Assembly (NCBI RefSeq): GCF_963921235.1
Contig: NC_086106.1
Coordinates: 21,390,001-21,454,000 of the forward strand
Direction: 5' to 3'
DNA: 64,000 nt
DNA from: Mobula hypostoma
Lineage: Eukaryota
Below, one piece after another: positions 25,045-36,778 of the stretch. The notes beneath the pieces are model-generated. The model saw only the letters and a list, made by a program, of their open reading frames with translations, did no database searches and had not been told where the DNA came from. A program made the position numbers and the translations under genes. How positions within the stretch are numbered: position 1 is the stretch's first letter; each line of letters begins with the position of its first letter.

Positions 25045-27495
25045 TTCGGATAAGAACATAAGAACAGATTTACTGAGTTGATTTTCTGAGTCTGCTCCGC
25101 CATTCAATCATGGCTGATCCATTCTTTTCCCTGCTAAATCCCATTTTCCGGCATTCTCCCGTAATCGGTGATGTTATGTCTAATCCAAAACCTACCAATC
25201 TCTCTCTTAAATACACCCAACGACCTGGACACCACAACTACGTGTTGAAATAACTTGCACATATCACCACCCACTGGCAAAAGAAATTTCTGTGCATCTC
25301 TGATTTTTTTTTTTGAATGTGCGGCCCTCTATCCTGAGGCTGTCCACCAATGGAAACATCCTTTCCACATCTATTTTGACAACGACTTTCAACATTCGAA
25401 AGTTTTCAATGAGATCCCCTTAATCCTTTTAAAACCCATAGAGGGCAGACCCACAGCCATCATAAAAAATGATAAAGAAAATCCCAGTATGTTAACCGTT
25501 CCATTCCTGGAATCACCATTGTGAACCGACTGTGGACTATCTCCAATACCAGCACATATTTTCTAAAATGAGCAACCCAACATAGTTCACAATACGCCAG
25601 ATGAGAACTCACTAGTGCCTCATAAATTCTCGGCATCGCATTCCTGCATTTCCATTCTGGCCCTCTGAAATGAATGCCAACATTACAGTTGCCTTTTTCA
25701 CCGCCGAATCAGCCTACAAGTTAACATTCAGCTGGTTCTGCATACAGACTCCTAAGTATGTCTGCATCTCAGAGTTTTGTGTTTTTTCCCCGTTTAGGAG
25801 GTACTCCATTTCATATTCCATTTGCCACTTTCTTGTAGATTCTCCTCATCTGTCTGAAACCTTATGCATCCGACTTGTTTCCGCAACACTTCCTGCCTCT
25901 GCAATTATGTTCATATCTTCTGCAAAGCTGACCAAAAAGGTAACTATCTTATATTCAAAATTATGTATATACAAGATAAACAGAACTGGTTCCAACACCT
26001 ATCCATGCGGAAAACCGCCAGTCACTGGCACGCAAACTGACAAAGATACATTATTCCCAATCACCTACCCCTTCCAATCAACCACTGCTCTAACCTTCCT
26101 GGAATACAGCAAGCACTTAACTTGGTAAGCAGCCTCATGTTGGCACCTTTTCAAAGGCCTTCTGAAACGTCCTCATATACAAAATCTACTTCACCCTCTT
26201 TATCTATCTTACTTGTCATCCCCTTAATGAATTACAACAGGTTTGACAGGCAAGAATTTCCCGTAAGGGAAACAGACTGACATTGTACGGTCTTCTCCCA
26301 TGTCGCAAATTACTCCATCGCCTCAGACTGAACAACTGACTCTAACATCATCCCAATCACTGACTTCAGGCTAACTTGTCTATAATTTATTTATATTTTT
26401 TTCTGCTTTTCATCTCTGTTAAAAATTAGATTGACTTTTGAAATTTTGCAGTTCTCTGGCACCATGCCAGAGTCCAATGATGTTTGAATGACCATCGCTA
26501 AGGCCGTTGCAATCTCTAAAGCTACATCTCCCACACACCTAGGGTGACTAATATACCTTTAGGACTTTCAGATTTTGAGCACTTTCCTTCAAGTTACAGT
26601 AACTGCACCGTGTTCTCTTCATCCAAACATAGCAACATCTCACACACATCTCGTGTCTTCAATATTAAAGACTGATGCAAAATACTGCCATTTTTTTAAT
26701 ACCCCGTTGTTATTTACTTGCCTCATTTAGTGCCGGTACTATATCCACTCTCATTTCTCTTTTATTTCTTACATAATTAATAAGTGTTTCCGATCCACTT
26801 TGATAGAATCCGCTAGCTTGCTTTCATGTGCCTTATTTCCCCTTCGAATGATTCTTATAGTTGCTCACTGCAGCTTTTTAAACACTTCCCATTCCTCTAT
26901 CTTTCCACTGTTTGTTGCATCTTTGTATGCTTATGTTCTATTTTTAGATTAGATTTGACTTCACTTTCAGGCACGGTCGTGCAATATTGCCATTCGGGTA
27001 GTACGCATGTTTTGGAATACACACGTCGTTCCTCATTTTACCCGGAAACGCAAGCCATTGTCGCTCTCGTAACATCCCTGCGAGCAGCTTCTTCCAGTTT
27101 ACTTTGGCCAGCACCTCATTCGTACCACTCTACTTTCTGTTGCTCCAGTGAAATAGTGCTACGCGAACATTTATTTTCTCCCTATCAAATTTCAAGGTGA
27201 AGTCTATCACATTTTGATCACTGGTACCTCAGGGTTCTTTTATCTTCAGCTGCCTAATCGCGACAGATCCTTACATAACAGCCAATCCTGTACACCTGAT
27301 TCGCTTGTAGACTCAACGACAAATTGCTCTAAGAAGCCATCTTTTAAGCATTCAACAAACTCATTCTCCAAATCGACCTGCATGTTAAAATCTCCCATGG
27401 TTACCACAACGTTACTCTTTTTGACAGGGCTTTTCTATTTCCAACTGTAATGTGTTGTCCAACTCCCAGCTACTGTTGGAAGTTCAGTATTTAAC
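25045..27495 (-). mobile_element. Decayed CR1 LINE, segmental-duplication copy of 9235-11695
   Basis: Colinear similarity to 9235-11695, including the junction with the Chapaev-like element. Confidence 0.85.
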
Positions 27496-27499
27496 TGAG

Positions 27500-30400
27500 A
27501 TCAGACGCATGCGCTCAGTTTAGGGGCTATGCAAATGTTGTCTTAGACATGCCTAGGCATGCTTAGTCAGGTTAGATGCTGGCAGACAGGCTATAAAAGC
27601 TGCTCATATTTACAGATGCTGTTTAGAGACATGCAGATGCACATGTTCTTCAGGCAATAGCATAGTGAGTATACTTAATAATAGGCTTTTTGTCTTCAGG
27701 AAGATTCAATACAGGAGAAATATCTCATCAATGCCGCAACAGCTGCGATGCATCCTGTTACATATGTGGCGAGTAGACGCTTAAGGCTCAAAGACGCTCC
27801 ATGACTGAACTAATTAAGAAAGCCTATGTGCTCTAATTCGGAAGTAAAATTGGTGACCGAGACAAATCCTGGGCTCCTCACATTTGTTGTGCAACATGTG
27901 TATTCAACCTGAGAGCTCGGCTCAGAGGTACTCGAAGTGAATGCCAATTGCTGTCTCAATGATATGGCGAGCACATGAAGGATGACGTGACTGACTGTTA
28001 CTTCTGTCTGACCAATGTATCTGGCTTCTCTGATAAAAATGAGAAATCTATTGAATACCCCAATCTGTTTTCAGCCATGAGACCAGTGTCACATGATGAC
28101 AGTTTGCAAGTTCTGCAGCCGCCAGAGACATGGAGCCCTGGTGAGACAGATGAAGATGCTACAAAGCAAGAAACAGATGTCGAAAGCGACACTGATCCAG
28201 ATGTAGTACCCTTTATGTCTGATTATACACATTGGTAACACAGCCAGGATTAAATGACCTGGTCTGGAACTTATATTTGTCAAAAGCTAAAGCAGAACTA
28301 CTTGGTTCAAGAATGCAAGGATGGGGGTTGCTGTCACAAAGTACAAAAAATGCTGTCTTTCGAAACCATCAAGAAAATTGACAAACTTCTTTACATTAGT
28401 TGACAACCTTTGTTTCTGCATTGACATTGATTACACTAACAAATATAGGTCTGCCTCCTCTTCATATAAAACACGGACTGATGAAAAATTTTGTGAAAAC
28501 AATGCACAAAGACGGTGATGAATTTCGTTATTTGAGACAGATGTTTCGAAAAATAATTCATGCCAAGATTAAGAAAGGCATTTTTTTTTGGTCCACAAAA
28601 CAGACTGGTCATCAGTGACAGGAAGTTCGAAGATCTGCGAGTAGGGCCAGAGAAAGTAGCATGTGAAAATTTTCTTGACAACTACAGAGCACCAAACTAG
28701 ATTGATATGCTTGGCAGCATGCTTATAGCATACAAAACCATGAAGTGCAGCATGTCATTGGAAATTCATTTCCTGCATTCACACCTGAACTTCTTGCCTG
28801 CTGATCTTGGTGCATGGAAACATAAAAACATAGAAAATAGGAGTAGGCCATTCGGCCCTTCGCGCCTGCAGCGCCATTCAGTATGATCATGGCTGATCAT
28901 CCAACACAGAAACCTGTACCTGCCTTCGCTCCATTCCCGCTGATCCCTTTAGCCACAACGGCCATATCTAGCTCTCTCTTAAATAAAACCAATGAACTGG
29001 TGTCAAGTGTTTCCTGTAGCAGAGAATTCTACAGATTCACCACTCTCTGTGTGAAGAAGTTTTTTTTTACCTAATTTCGGTCCAAAAAGTCTTCTTCTTT
29101 ATCCTCGATCTGTGACCCCTCGCTCTGGACTTTCCCAAAATCGGGAACAATCTTCCTGCATCTAGCCTGTCCAATCCCTTTAGGATCTTATACGTTTCCA
29201 TAAGATACCCCCTCAATCTTCTAAATTCCAAAAAGTATAATCGTAGCCGATCCAATCTTTCATCGTATGAACGTCCTGCCATCCCAGGAATCAATCTGGT
29301 GAACCTTCTTTGTACTCCCTCTACTGCAATAATGTCTTTCCACAGATTAGGGGATCAAACCTGCACACAATACTCCAGGTGTGGTCTCACCAAGGCTTTG
29401 TACAACTGCGGTAGTACATCCCTGCTCCTGCTTTCGAATCCGCTTGCTAAAAATGCCAGCATACCATTCGCCTTTTTTCACCGCCTGCTATACCTGCATG
29501 CTCACTTTCAATGACTGATGTATAATAACACCCAGGTCTCGTTGCACCTCCCCTTTTCCTAATCGGCCACCATTCAGATAAAAATCTGTTTTCCTGTTTC
29601 TGCCATCAAAGTGGATACCCTCATATTTATCCAGATTAAATTGCTTCTGCTATGAATTTGCCCACTCACCTGACCTATCCAAGTCACCCTGCATCTGCTT
29701 AGCATCCTCCTCCCAGCTAACACTGCCGCCGAGCTTCGTGTCATCCGCAAACTTGGAGATGCATCTTTTAATTCCCTCGTCTAAGTCATTAATATATATT
29801 GTGAACAACTGGGGTACCAGCACTGAGCCTTACGGTACCCCACTAGTCACTACTTGCCTTTCTGAAAAAGGTCCCGTTTATTAACACTCTTTACTTCATG
29901 TCTGCCAACCAATTCTCTATCCACATAAATACCATACCCTTTAATACCGTGTGCTTTAAGTTTGCATACTAATCTCCTGTGTGGGACCTTATCAAGAGCA
30001 TTTTGAAAATCCAAATATACCACATCCGCTGGTTCTCCCCTATCCACTGTACTGGATACATCCTCAAAAAATTCCATGGGATTCGTCAGTCATTATTTTC
30101 CTTTCGCAAATCCATGCTGAATTTCTCCGATTATTTCACCGCTTTCCAAATGTGCTGCTATCAGTTCTTTGATAACTGACTGTAGCATTTTCCCCACCAC
30201 CGATGTTGGGCGAACCGGTCTATAATTCCCCCTTTTCTCTTTCCCTCCTTTTTTTTTTAGAAGGCGGGATTACATTAGTTACCCTGCAATCCTCAGGAAC
30301 TTGTCCACAATCTAAAGAATTTTGAAAAAATGTCACTAATGCATCCACTATTTCTTGCTTTGCTTCCGTAAGCACACTGGGATGCAGACCCATCTGGCCG

Positions 30401-33400
30401 AGGGGATTTATCTGCCGTTAATCCCTTCGATTTAACTAACACCACTTTCCTACTAACATGTATTCCCTCAGTTCCTCCATCTCATGGACCATCTGTTCTC
30501 TACTATTTCCGGAAGATTATTTATGCCCTCCTTGGTGAAGACAGAACCTAAGTAGTTATTCAATTGGTCTGCCAGGACCTTGTTTCCCATAATCAATTCA
30601 CCTGTTTCTGTTTGTAAGGGAGCTACATTTCTCTTAACCAATCTTTTTTTTTTTCTTTTCACACATCTATAAAAACTTTTACAGTCAGTTTTTCTTTAAG
30701 TTCCCTGCCAGTTTTCTATCGTAATCTCTTTTTTTTTCTTTTCTAATTAAGCCCTTTGTCCTCCTCCGCTGGGCTCTGAATTTCAACCAGTCCTCAGGTG
30801 TGCTGTTGTTCTGACTAATTTTATGTTTCTTTTTTACATTGATACTATCCCTAATTTCCCTTGTCAGCCACGGATGCACTACCTCCCCTCTCTATTATTT
30901 ACCCACCGTCAACCCTTTAAGTATCATTTGCCAGTCTATCTTAGCTAATTCAGTTGCATACCTTCAGAGTTACCCTTCTTTAAGTTCAGATCCTTTGTTT
31001 TTGAACTAAATATGTAACTCTCTATCTTAATGAAGAATTCCATCATATTATGGTCACTCTTACCCAAGGGGCCTCTCACTGTAAGATTTCTGATTATCCC
31101 TTCTTCATTGCTCAATACCCAATCTGGAATGGCCTGCTCTCCAGTTGTTTCCTCGATATGTTGGTTCAAAAAAACACCCGCATACATTCCAGGAAATCCT
31201 CTTCTTCAGCATCCTTACCAATTTGGTTCATCCAATCTATATATAGATTGAAGTCACCCATTATAACTGCTGTTCCCTTATTGCACCCATTTCTAGTTTC
31301 CTGTTTAATGCCATCCCCAACCTCACTACTACTGTTAGGTGGCCTGTACACAACTCCCACCAGCGTTTTCTGCCCCTTAGTGTTATGCAGCTCTACCCAC
31401 ATCGATCCACATCCTCCCGGCTAATGACCTTCCTTTCTATTGCGTTAATCTGCTCTCTAACCAGCAATGCTATCCCACCTCATTTTCTTTCATGTCTATC
31501 CCTCCTGAATATTGAATATCCCTGAATGTGGAGCTCCCATCCTTGGTCACCCTGGAGCCATGTCTCTGTGATCCCAACTATATCATATTAATTAATAACA
31601 ATCTGCACTTTTAATTCATCCACCTTTTTAGGAATGTTCCTTGCATTGACACACAAAGCCTTCAGGCTTGTTTTTACAACACTCTTGGCCCGTATACAAT
31701 TAGGTTGAAAAGTGGTCCTTTTTGATTTTTGCCCTGGATTTGCGGACTGTCACTTTACTTTTCACCTTACTACTTTTTGCTTCTACCCTCATTTTACACC
31801 CCTCTGTCTCTCTGCACTTGTTCCCATTCTCCTGGTGTAAAGTAACCTCCTCGCTCCTCGTCTCTTTAATTTGATTCCGATCCCGCAACCATTCTCCTTT
31901 AAAGTCACCTCAGTAGCCTTCGCAAAACTCCGCGCCAGGACATTGGTCCCCCTAGGATTCAAGTGTAATCCGTCCTTTTTGTACAGGTCACAGCTGCGCC
32001 AAAAGTGGTCCAAATGATCCAAAAACTGCAATCCCTGCCCCCGGCTCCTAACCCTCAGCCACGCATTCTAATCCACCTCATTGCATTGCTACTCTCACCG
32101 CCGCGTGGCACAGGCAGTAATCCCGAGATTACTACCTTTGCAGTCCTTTTTATCAACTCCTTTCCTAACTCCCTTTCAGAACCCCTTCCCTTTTCCGACC
32201 TACGGCTTTGGTACCTATATGTACCACGACCTCCGGCTCCTCACCCCCCACTCCCACCGCCCCCACACTGCAGGATATCTTGGACGCGATCAGAAATATA
32301 CCGGAACCTAGCACCAGGGAGGCAAACTACCATGCGGGTCTCTGGACTACGTCCACAGAAACGCCTATCTGAACCCATTAAAATCGAGTCCCCTGTTAAC
32401 ACTGCCCTCCTCTTTCTTTCCCTACATTTCTGAGTTACAGGTCCGGACTCTGTGCCGGAGGCACGGCCACTGTCGCTTCCCCCAGGTAAGCTTCCCCAGC
32501 AACAGTACTCGAAAAGGAGTACCTATTGTCAAGGGGCACAACCACCGGGGTACTCTCTATTACCTGACTCATCCCTTTCCCTCTCCTAACCGTGACCCAC
32601 TTGTCTGTCTCCCGTGGCCCCAGTGTGACCACCTGCCCGTAACTCCTCTCTATCAACTCTTCACTCTCTCTGACCAGGCAAATGTCATCGAGCTGCAACT
32701 CCAGTTCCCTAATGTGGTCACTTAGGAGCTCCATCTCGGCACACCTTGCGCAGATGTCGACGTCCGGGAGGCTTGGCGACTCCACGACCTCCCATATCCG
32801 GCACCGAGAACAACAAACTGCCCTCACACTCACACTGCCCCTCCTTTCAAATAACAACAAAAAATGAATATCGCCTCGCCTTTCTTCGCCTCACCCGTGT
32901 CCGCCTAAGCCCGTTGAGCCGAAGCCTTTAAGCCTTCCCTTTGCTCCCGGCTCACTCCGCAGCCTGCAGACTCCGCTGGCCGCTGTACGAGTCTCTGTTC
33001 CTTTTAAATCTTCCGTGCTTCACTGCCCGACGTCACACGTCTGCGCAGTCCCATCTCTCTGAAAGCCGATGGAATAAAAAAGAAAAATTCATAAATGGCT
33101 TCCTCCGCACTCCCGCTCCGATTCTCAGACTTCCTCCTCCGAATTAAACCCGAAGCATGGGTTTCTGTCCTTTTAAATCCTTTAAATGCAGTCAGGGACG
33201 AACATGGTGAAAGGCTTCACCAGGACTTTGCAACCATGGAGAAGCGGTATCAGGTCAACTGGAATCCATTAATGCTTGCGGAATATTGTTGGACAATGTC
33301 ACGAGTGGCACAGAATACTCTGTACAAAATTATCTGCAAAACGTTTTAAGCTCAGTAGAACTACTCAAAGTGCCAGCATTATTATGCAATTAAACCTGTT

Positions 33401-33574
33401 AAATTCAATAAAAGAGTTTTAATGTTTATCCAAATTCTTATGGGATACAGCAAATCCGAAATTATTTCTTGTGTTCAGCATGATATTGTCTGTCATAATC
33501 TCTGTTTTCTTTTTTTCTGGAAGCAAAACGTTGGAAAAAAAATATTTATATACATATATATACATTGTCCAGTG
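27500..33574 (+). mobile_element. Decayed Chapaev3-like DNA transposon, copy B (27500-28814 and 33187-33574), split by a CR1
   Basis: CYICGE...DKSWAPHICCATC, DCYFC, LPPLHIKHGLMKNFVK, HFLHSHLNFLPADLGA | VRDEHGERLHQDFATMEKRYQ. Right end GTCCAGTG at 33574. Confidence 0.68.
28815..33186 (-). mobile_element. Long CR1 LINE with ORF1 (zinc finger/leucine zipper, SGNH esterase) and decayed ORF2
   Basis: 32435-32860 CCSRCRIWE...CARC...RELELQLDD; 31789-32031 DGLHLN; APE and RT fragments; ATAGAAAC-type tail at left; flanked by TGCA on both sides inside the transposase. Confidence 0.92.
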
Positions 33575-34050
33575 AGCTATTACCAGAATGTGTAAGAATG
33601 ACTTCCGCCTTCCGCTGTCTGAATGTGAATGAATGAGCCTGGAGTCATAACGCCCGGTCTGCTTTTGTGCCGGTCTCAATAAAGCCATCACCTGAGATAT
33701 ATATATATATATATAAAGTTCTTCTTGTTTGTCATAATGGGCCGCATATTTGCCACAATATATTTGTTGCGGTGGTGGCTGACAGGAGACTCCTTTGGAA
33801 CTGGATTTCTTAGAACTGTATTCATATAATTAGCAGTGAGTGCCCCCGTTGGCCGATGTTGAGGACGGACCGTTAGGATTTAACATCTGCGTCATTTCGA
33901 ATATGACAGATTAGTGCAGGATTTTCAGCATCTTCTCTGCGGTCTTTGTGCTCGTACATTTTTGTACTACTCCTCTCATATTTTGAAACACTGTGTAATC
34001 CACAACATTGAGGTTTTTGTGCATCTCGCTTCCTCGTGTCTATCACTGTG

Positions 34051-34356
34051 CTCTTCGGCGACTGATGGCACATTGGTACAAAGCCGAGTCTCTCACTTGC
34101 AGTTTCGAGATCTTTAACATGCTGATTTTATTTTCCCGATCGACAGAACCGAAGAAGTGTTCTTCGGCAGCATTTTGCTGATCCTGATCTCCAGAGGTAT
34201 GCGTCTGGAGCAGAAATTCTGGAGGCTCTGCTTGAAGCTGCCGGTACCAATGTATCGTGTATGGACAAAACCCGGAATATTCGCAGCTTACTGTGACGAC
34301 GTCATCAGGATAAGAAGATTGTCGAGGAGGACTCTTGGCCACGAGGGATATAGGAT
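34051..34356 (-). CDS. TRDV: Supporting TCR-delta V exon (leaderless, CDR1 cysteine), intact
   Basis: Acceptor TTCCTTCAG, then (D)PISLVAKSPPRQSSYPDDVVTVSCEYSGFCPYTIHWYRQLQAEPPEFLL...RDSALYQCAISRRR, open. Consensus RSS CACAGTG-23-ACAAAAACC (34012-34050). No leader exon seen between it and J3. Confidence 0.95.
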
Positions 34357-35481
34357 CTGAAGGAATTTAAAAGAGGCATCAGAATTACTATACTATCGTT
34401 ACTGGATTGGCCACGCATAGGAATAGGTGAAGGAACCATACCGGCTGGTTTCGTTCACAATATGTCCAAACTGTTTTTCGTGTACTTGGCAATTATTCCA
34501 GTGACTTTCTGCGCTGCAGAAATATTTGCTAGATGGTGCAGGAGGAGAATGGAAAATAATAGGAGGGGAAGTGGAATGATTGCATGAAAATACTGGAGTA
34601 TGTGAAATAAAAAAAAAGGTAGACCATTTGTGAAATATTCTCAGACAGCAAACATCCAGCTATTTGGAGGATCTACTTGTTCTATTGTGAAAACTTCTAT
34701 TTTTTCTCTCTTTCATGTTTGTAACGGAATGACGATTAGGAATTCTAACATTTTGGGTGTGTTCCTTAGGTTCCAGCATCAGCGGATTTCCGGTTTTATT
34801 CCCTTTCGCTGTGTCAAGTCATCCTCTATTTTTTAACAGACCAGGCAGTTTCCATATGTCGTTGTTTTTTTTTTTTGTTTGTTTGTTTTAATCTTTTCTG
34901 ATTCTGCTGGTTCTACTTTTGCTGCATAAAGTACATATGCTGTCATCTTAAAATGTTATCACACAGTCTGACAGATTTCGCTTGCATTTCAGTTTACAGT
35001 TAGGCGTCAGACTCAGTTGTAACTTGGCGTCTCCCCTCACTAATTACATCGCCAGTTTGTGCTTGATATAAAAAAAATATAAAATCCTTAATCTTCCTAT
35101 ATGCAGCTTCTGAGGATCTCTACTAAAACAATCACTGACCGAACGACACCCCTGAGAAGTCCCATCAAACTTGATCGCCCTGGGTGCTGACCCAAGATCA
35201 GTATTGCTCCGCTGCCCCTAAAACGGCTAAGAAATACACGCTCTGTATATAGGAATAATCCCCTACGTCTCCTTTCGCACTGCGTAGTTACAGTTATGCC
35301 CTGTTTTTACTTCTATGTTACCGTTCCTAAGACGAAGTTTAGGCTGGCAATCTAAGCGTATTATTTGGCATCAAACCCAACATAGCTTCTATAACAGAAA
35401 TATCAATCAAAGTTGAAATTTTCAGCTAAACTGCTGTAACATGCACATTCAAAAGAAGCTTCATAAGGTTGAAAAACTTAC

Positions 35482-35539
35482 CGACTGTGACAGTGAGTGT
35501 AGACCCGGTTCCATCTTCATAGTAAGTATTCCAGTAGCA
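35482..35539 (-). CDS. NAR-TCR J segment, cassette 3 (CYWNTYYEDGTGSTLTVTV)
   Basis: G-T-G-S-T-L-T-V motif, consensus phase-1 donor GTAAGT, RSS CACCGTG-23-ACAAAAATC (35540-35578). Confidence 0.93.
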
Positions 35540-35907
35540 CACCGTGATCCGGCTCTTTATCTCACTGGTACAAAAATCATCCTCAACTCAGTCTATTCAG
35601 CAGCAATCATTGGAGGGCGTTGAAACATTCCAGACTTTTTAAACAAGAACAACTGCATTCAATGTTTCACAAACACAATTGAAGCTAAATATGAGAATTG
35701 ATCTCTGTAAAATAACCTCATCATAGTTTCCGTATGTCGGTTCCCTGAGCTGCAGCAAATATCAAAAACTTCCCTGAGAGAGGTAAAAGACAATGGGATT
35801 CAGCTGATCACTGTGCGAATGTGATGTGACATATGATTCTATTACCCTACTCCAGAATATATATTTTGAAGGGACCAAACGTTTTTGTTCGATTATCTTT
35901 CGTTGTG

Positions 35908-35922
35908 TGCATGCAATTTATC
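35908..35922 (-). CDS. NAR-TCR D segment, cassette 3 (GATAAATTGCATGCA)
   Basis: V-side CACACTG-12-TTCAAATTG (35923-35950); J-side CACAACG-12-ACAAAAACG (35880-35907); positional paralogue of D1, D2 and D4. Confidence 0.85.
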
Positions 35923-36298
35923 CACACTGTTTCATGTCAAGTTCAAATTGCAGGAGACTGTTGGGCAGGAGAAATCATCTTCCCAGCTGCTATTCCAGCT
36001 TCCATGCTGTTGGAGCAGGGTCCCATCTCAAGTTGGAGATTGGAAAGTGGGAGAAACATTCTCACTTGCTGTTTCCTGCACAGTTCCTGGGAAAGGTGGT
36101 TTTCCAATCAAATACAGAAGAGAAAATAACTACCGTCTGAACAGACAACATCCAGTCCCATTGCAAACTAGACTGTGTGGGACGCAGACGAAGAACCTTC
36201 AGAAATTACCAGCACAAGAACTCCGCTGCTTGAGATGTTGATGGGATAATTTCCATCTCCTGTTTGAGTACGGTGGTGATCCCTTTCCAAACATTGTG

Positions 36299-36589
36299 TG
36301 CACCATTTATATTCAGCTTTACAAAAATAGGTGGCGCTGTCGTCAACTTCAAGATTCATAATTTTCAATGTAAATATCATTTCGGCGTTATTTTGCGCAA
36401 TTATGAATCTCGTTCCTGTGGAGATTGGTTCCCATCCCGTTTTTCGCGGTGTTTGTTTGAAGAAATATCCGGTTACAAACCTATAGGATCCCGTCCAACC
36501 AGTACGGAAAGTGCATGTGATTGTGAGAGACTGGCATTCAGTTTTCGTCACCGCTGTCGGGCTCTGGGTCACGGTCTGGCTGAAGAAGA
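36299..36589 (-). CDS. IgNAR-like (NAR-TCR) V exon, cassette 3, intact
   Basis: QTVTQSPTAVTKTECQSLTITCTFRTGWTGSYRFVTGYFFKQTPRKTGWEPISTGTRFIIAQNNAEMIFTLKIMNLEVDDSATYFCKAEYKWC. 63 residues between the canonical Cys and no CDR2/C'' segment, as in NAR V. RSS CACAATG-22-ACTCAAACA (36261-36298). Confidence 0.93.
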
Positions 36590-36735
36590 CTGGAAATTAA
36601 GAATAAGGAGAAGCGGAACAGCATTAGCTGTGACACACAATAGAGAGCTAACACGATGACTGCAGGGATTCTGCGTGCACTCGTTCAGTTTCGTACTTAA
36701 CTCGAATATTACGTAAATTTGTGAACAGTACTCAC

Positions 36736-36778
36736 GGTCAAAGCAGAGGCAGAGTGTGACATACAAGAGGAATTTCAT
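36736..36778 (-). CDS. Leader exon of NAR-TCR V3 (MKFLLYVTLCLCFD)
   Basis: ATG, hydrophobic core, consensus phase-1 donor GTGAGT; splices in frame to V3 to give MKFLLYVTLCLCFDLFFS-QTVTQ. Confidence 0.92.

Noticed and set aside
35809-35815. CACTGTG between D3 and J3, a possible second D
   Set aside because: No nonamer at 12 or 23 bp, no partner heptamer, and not conserved in the other three cassettes.
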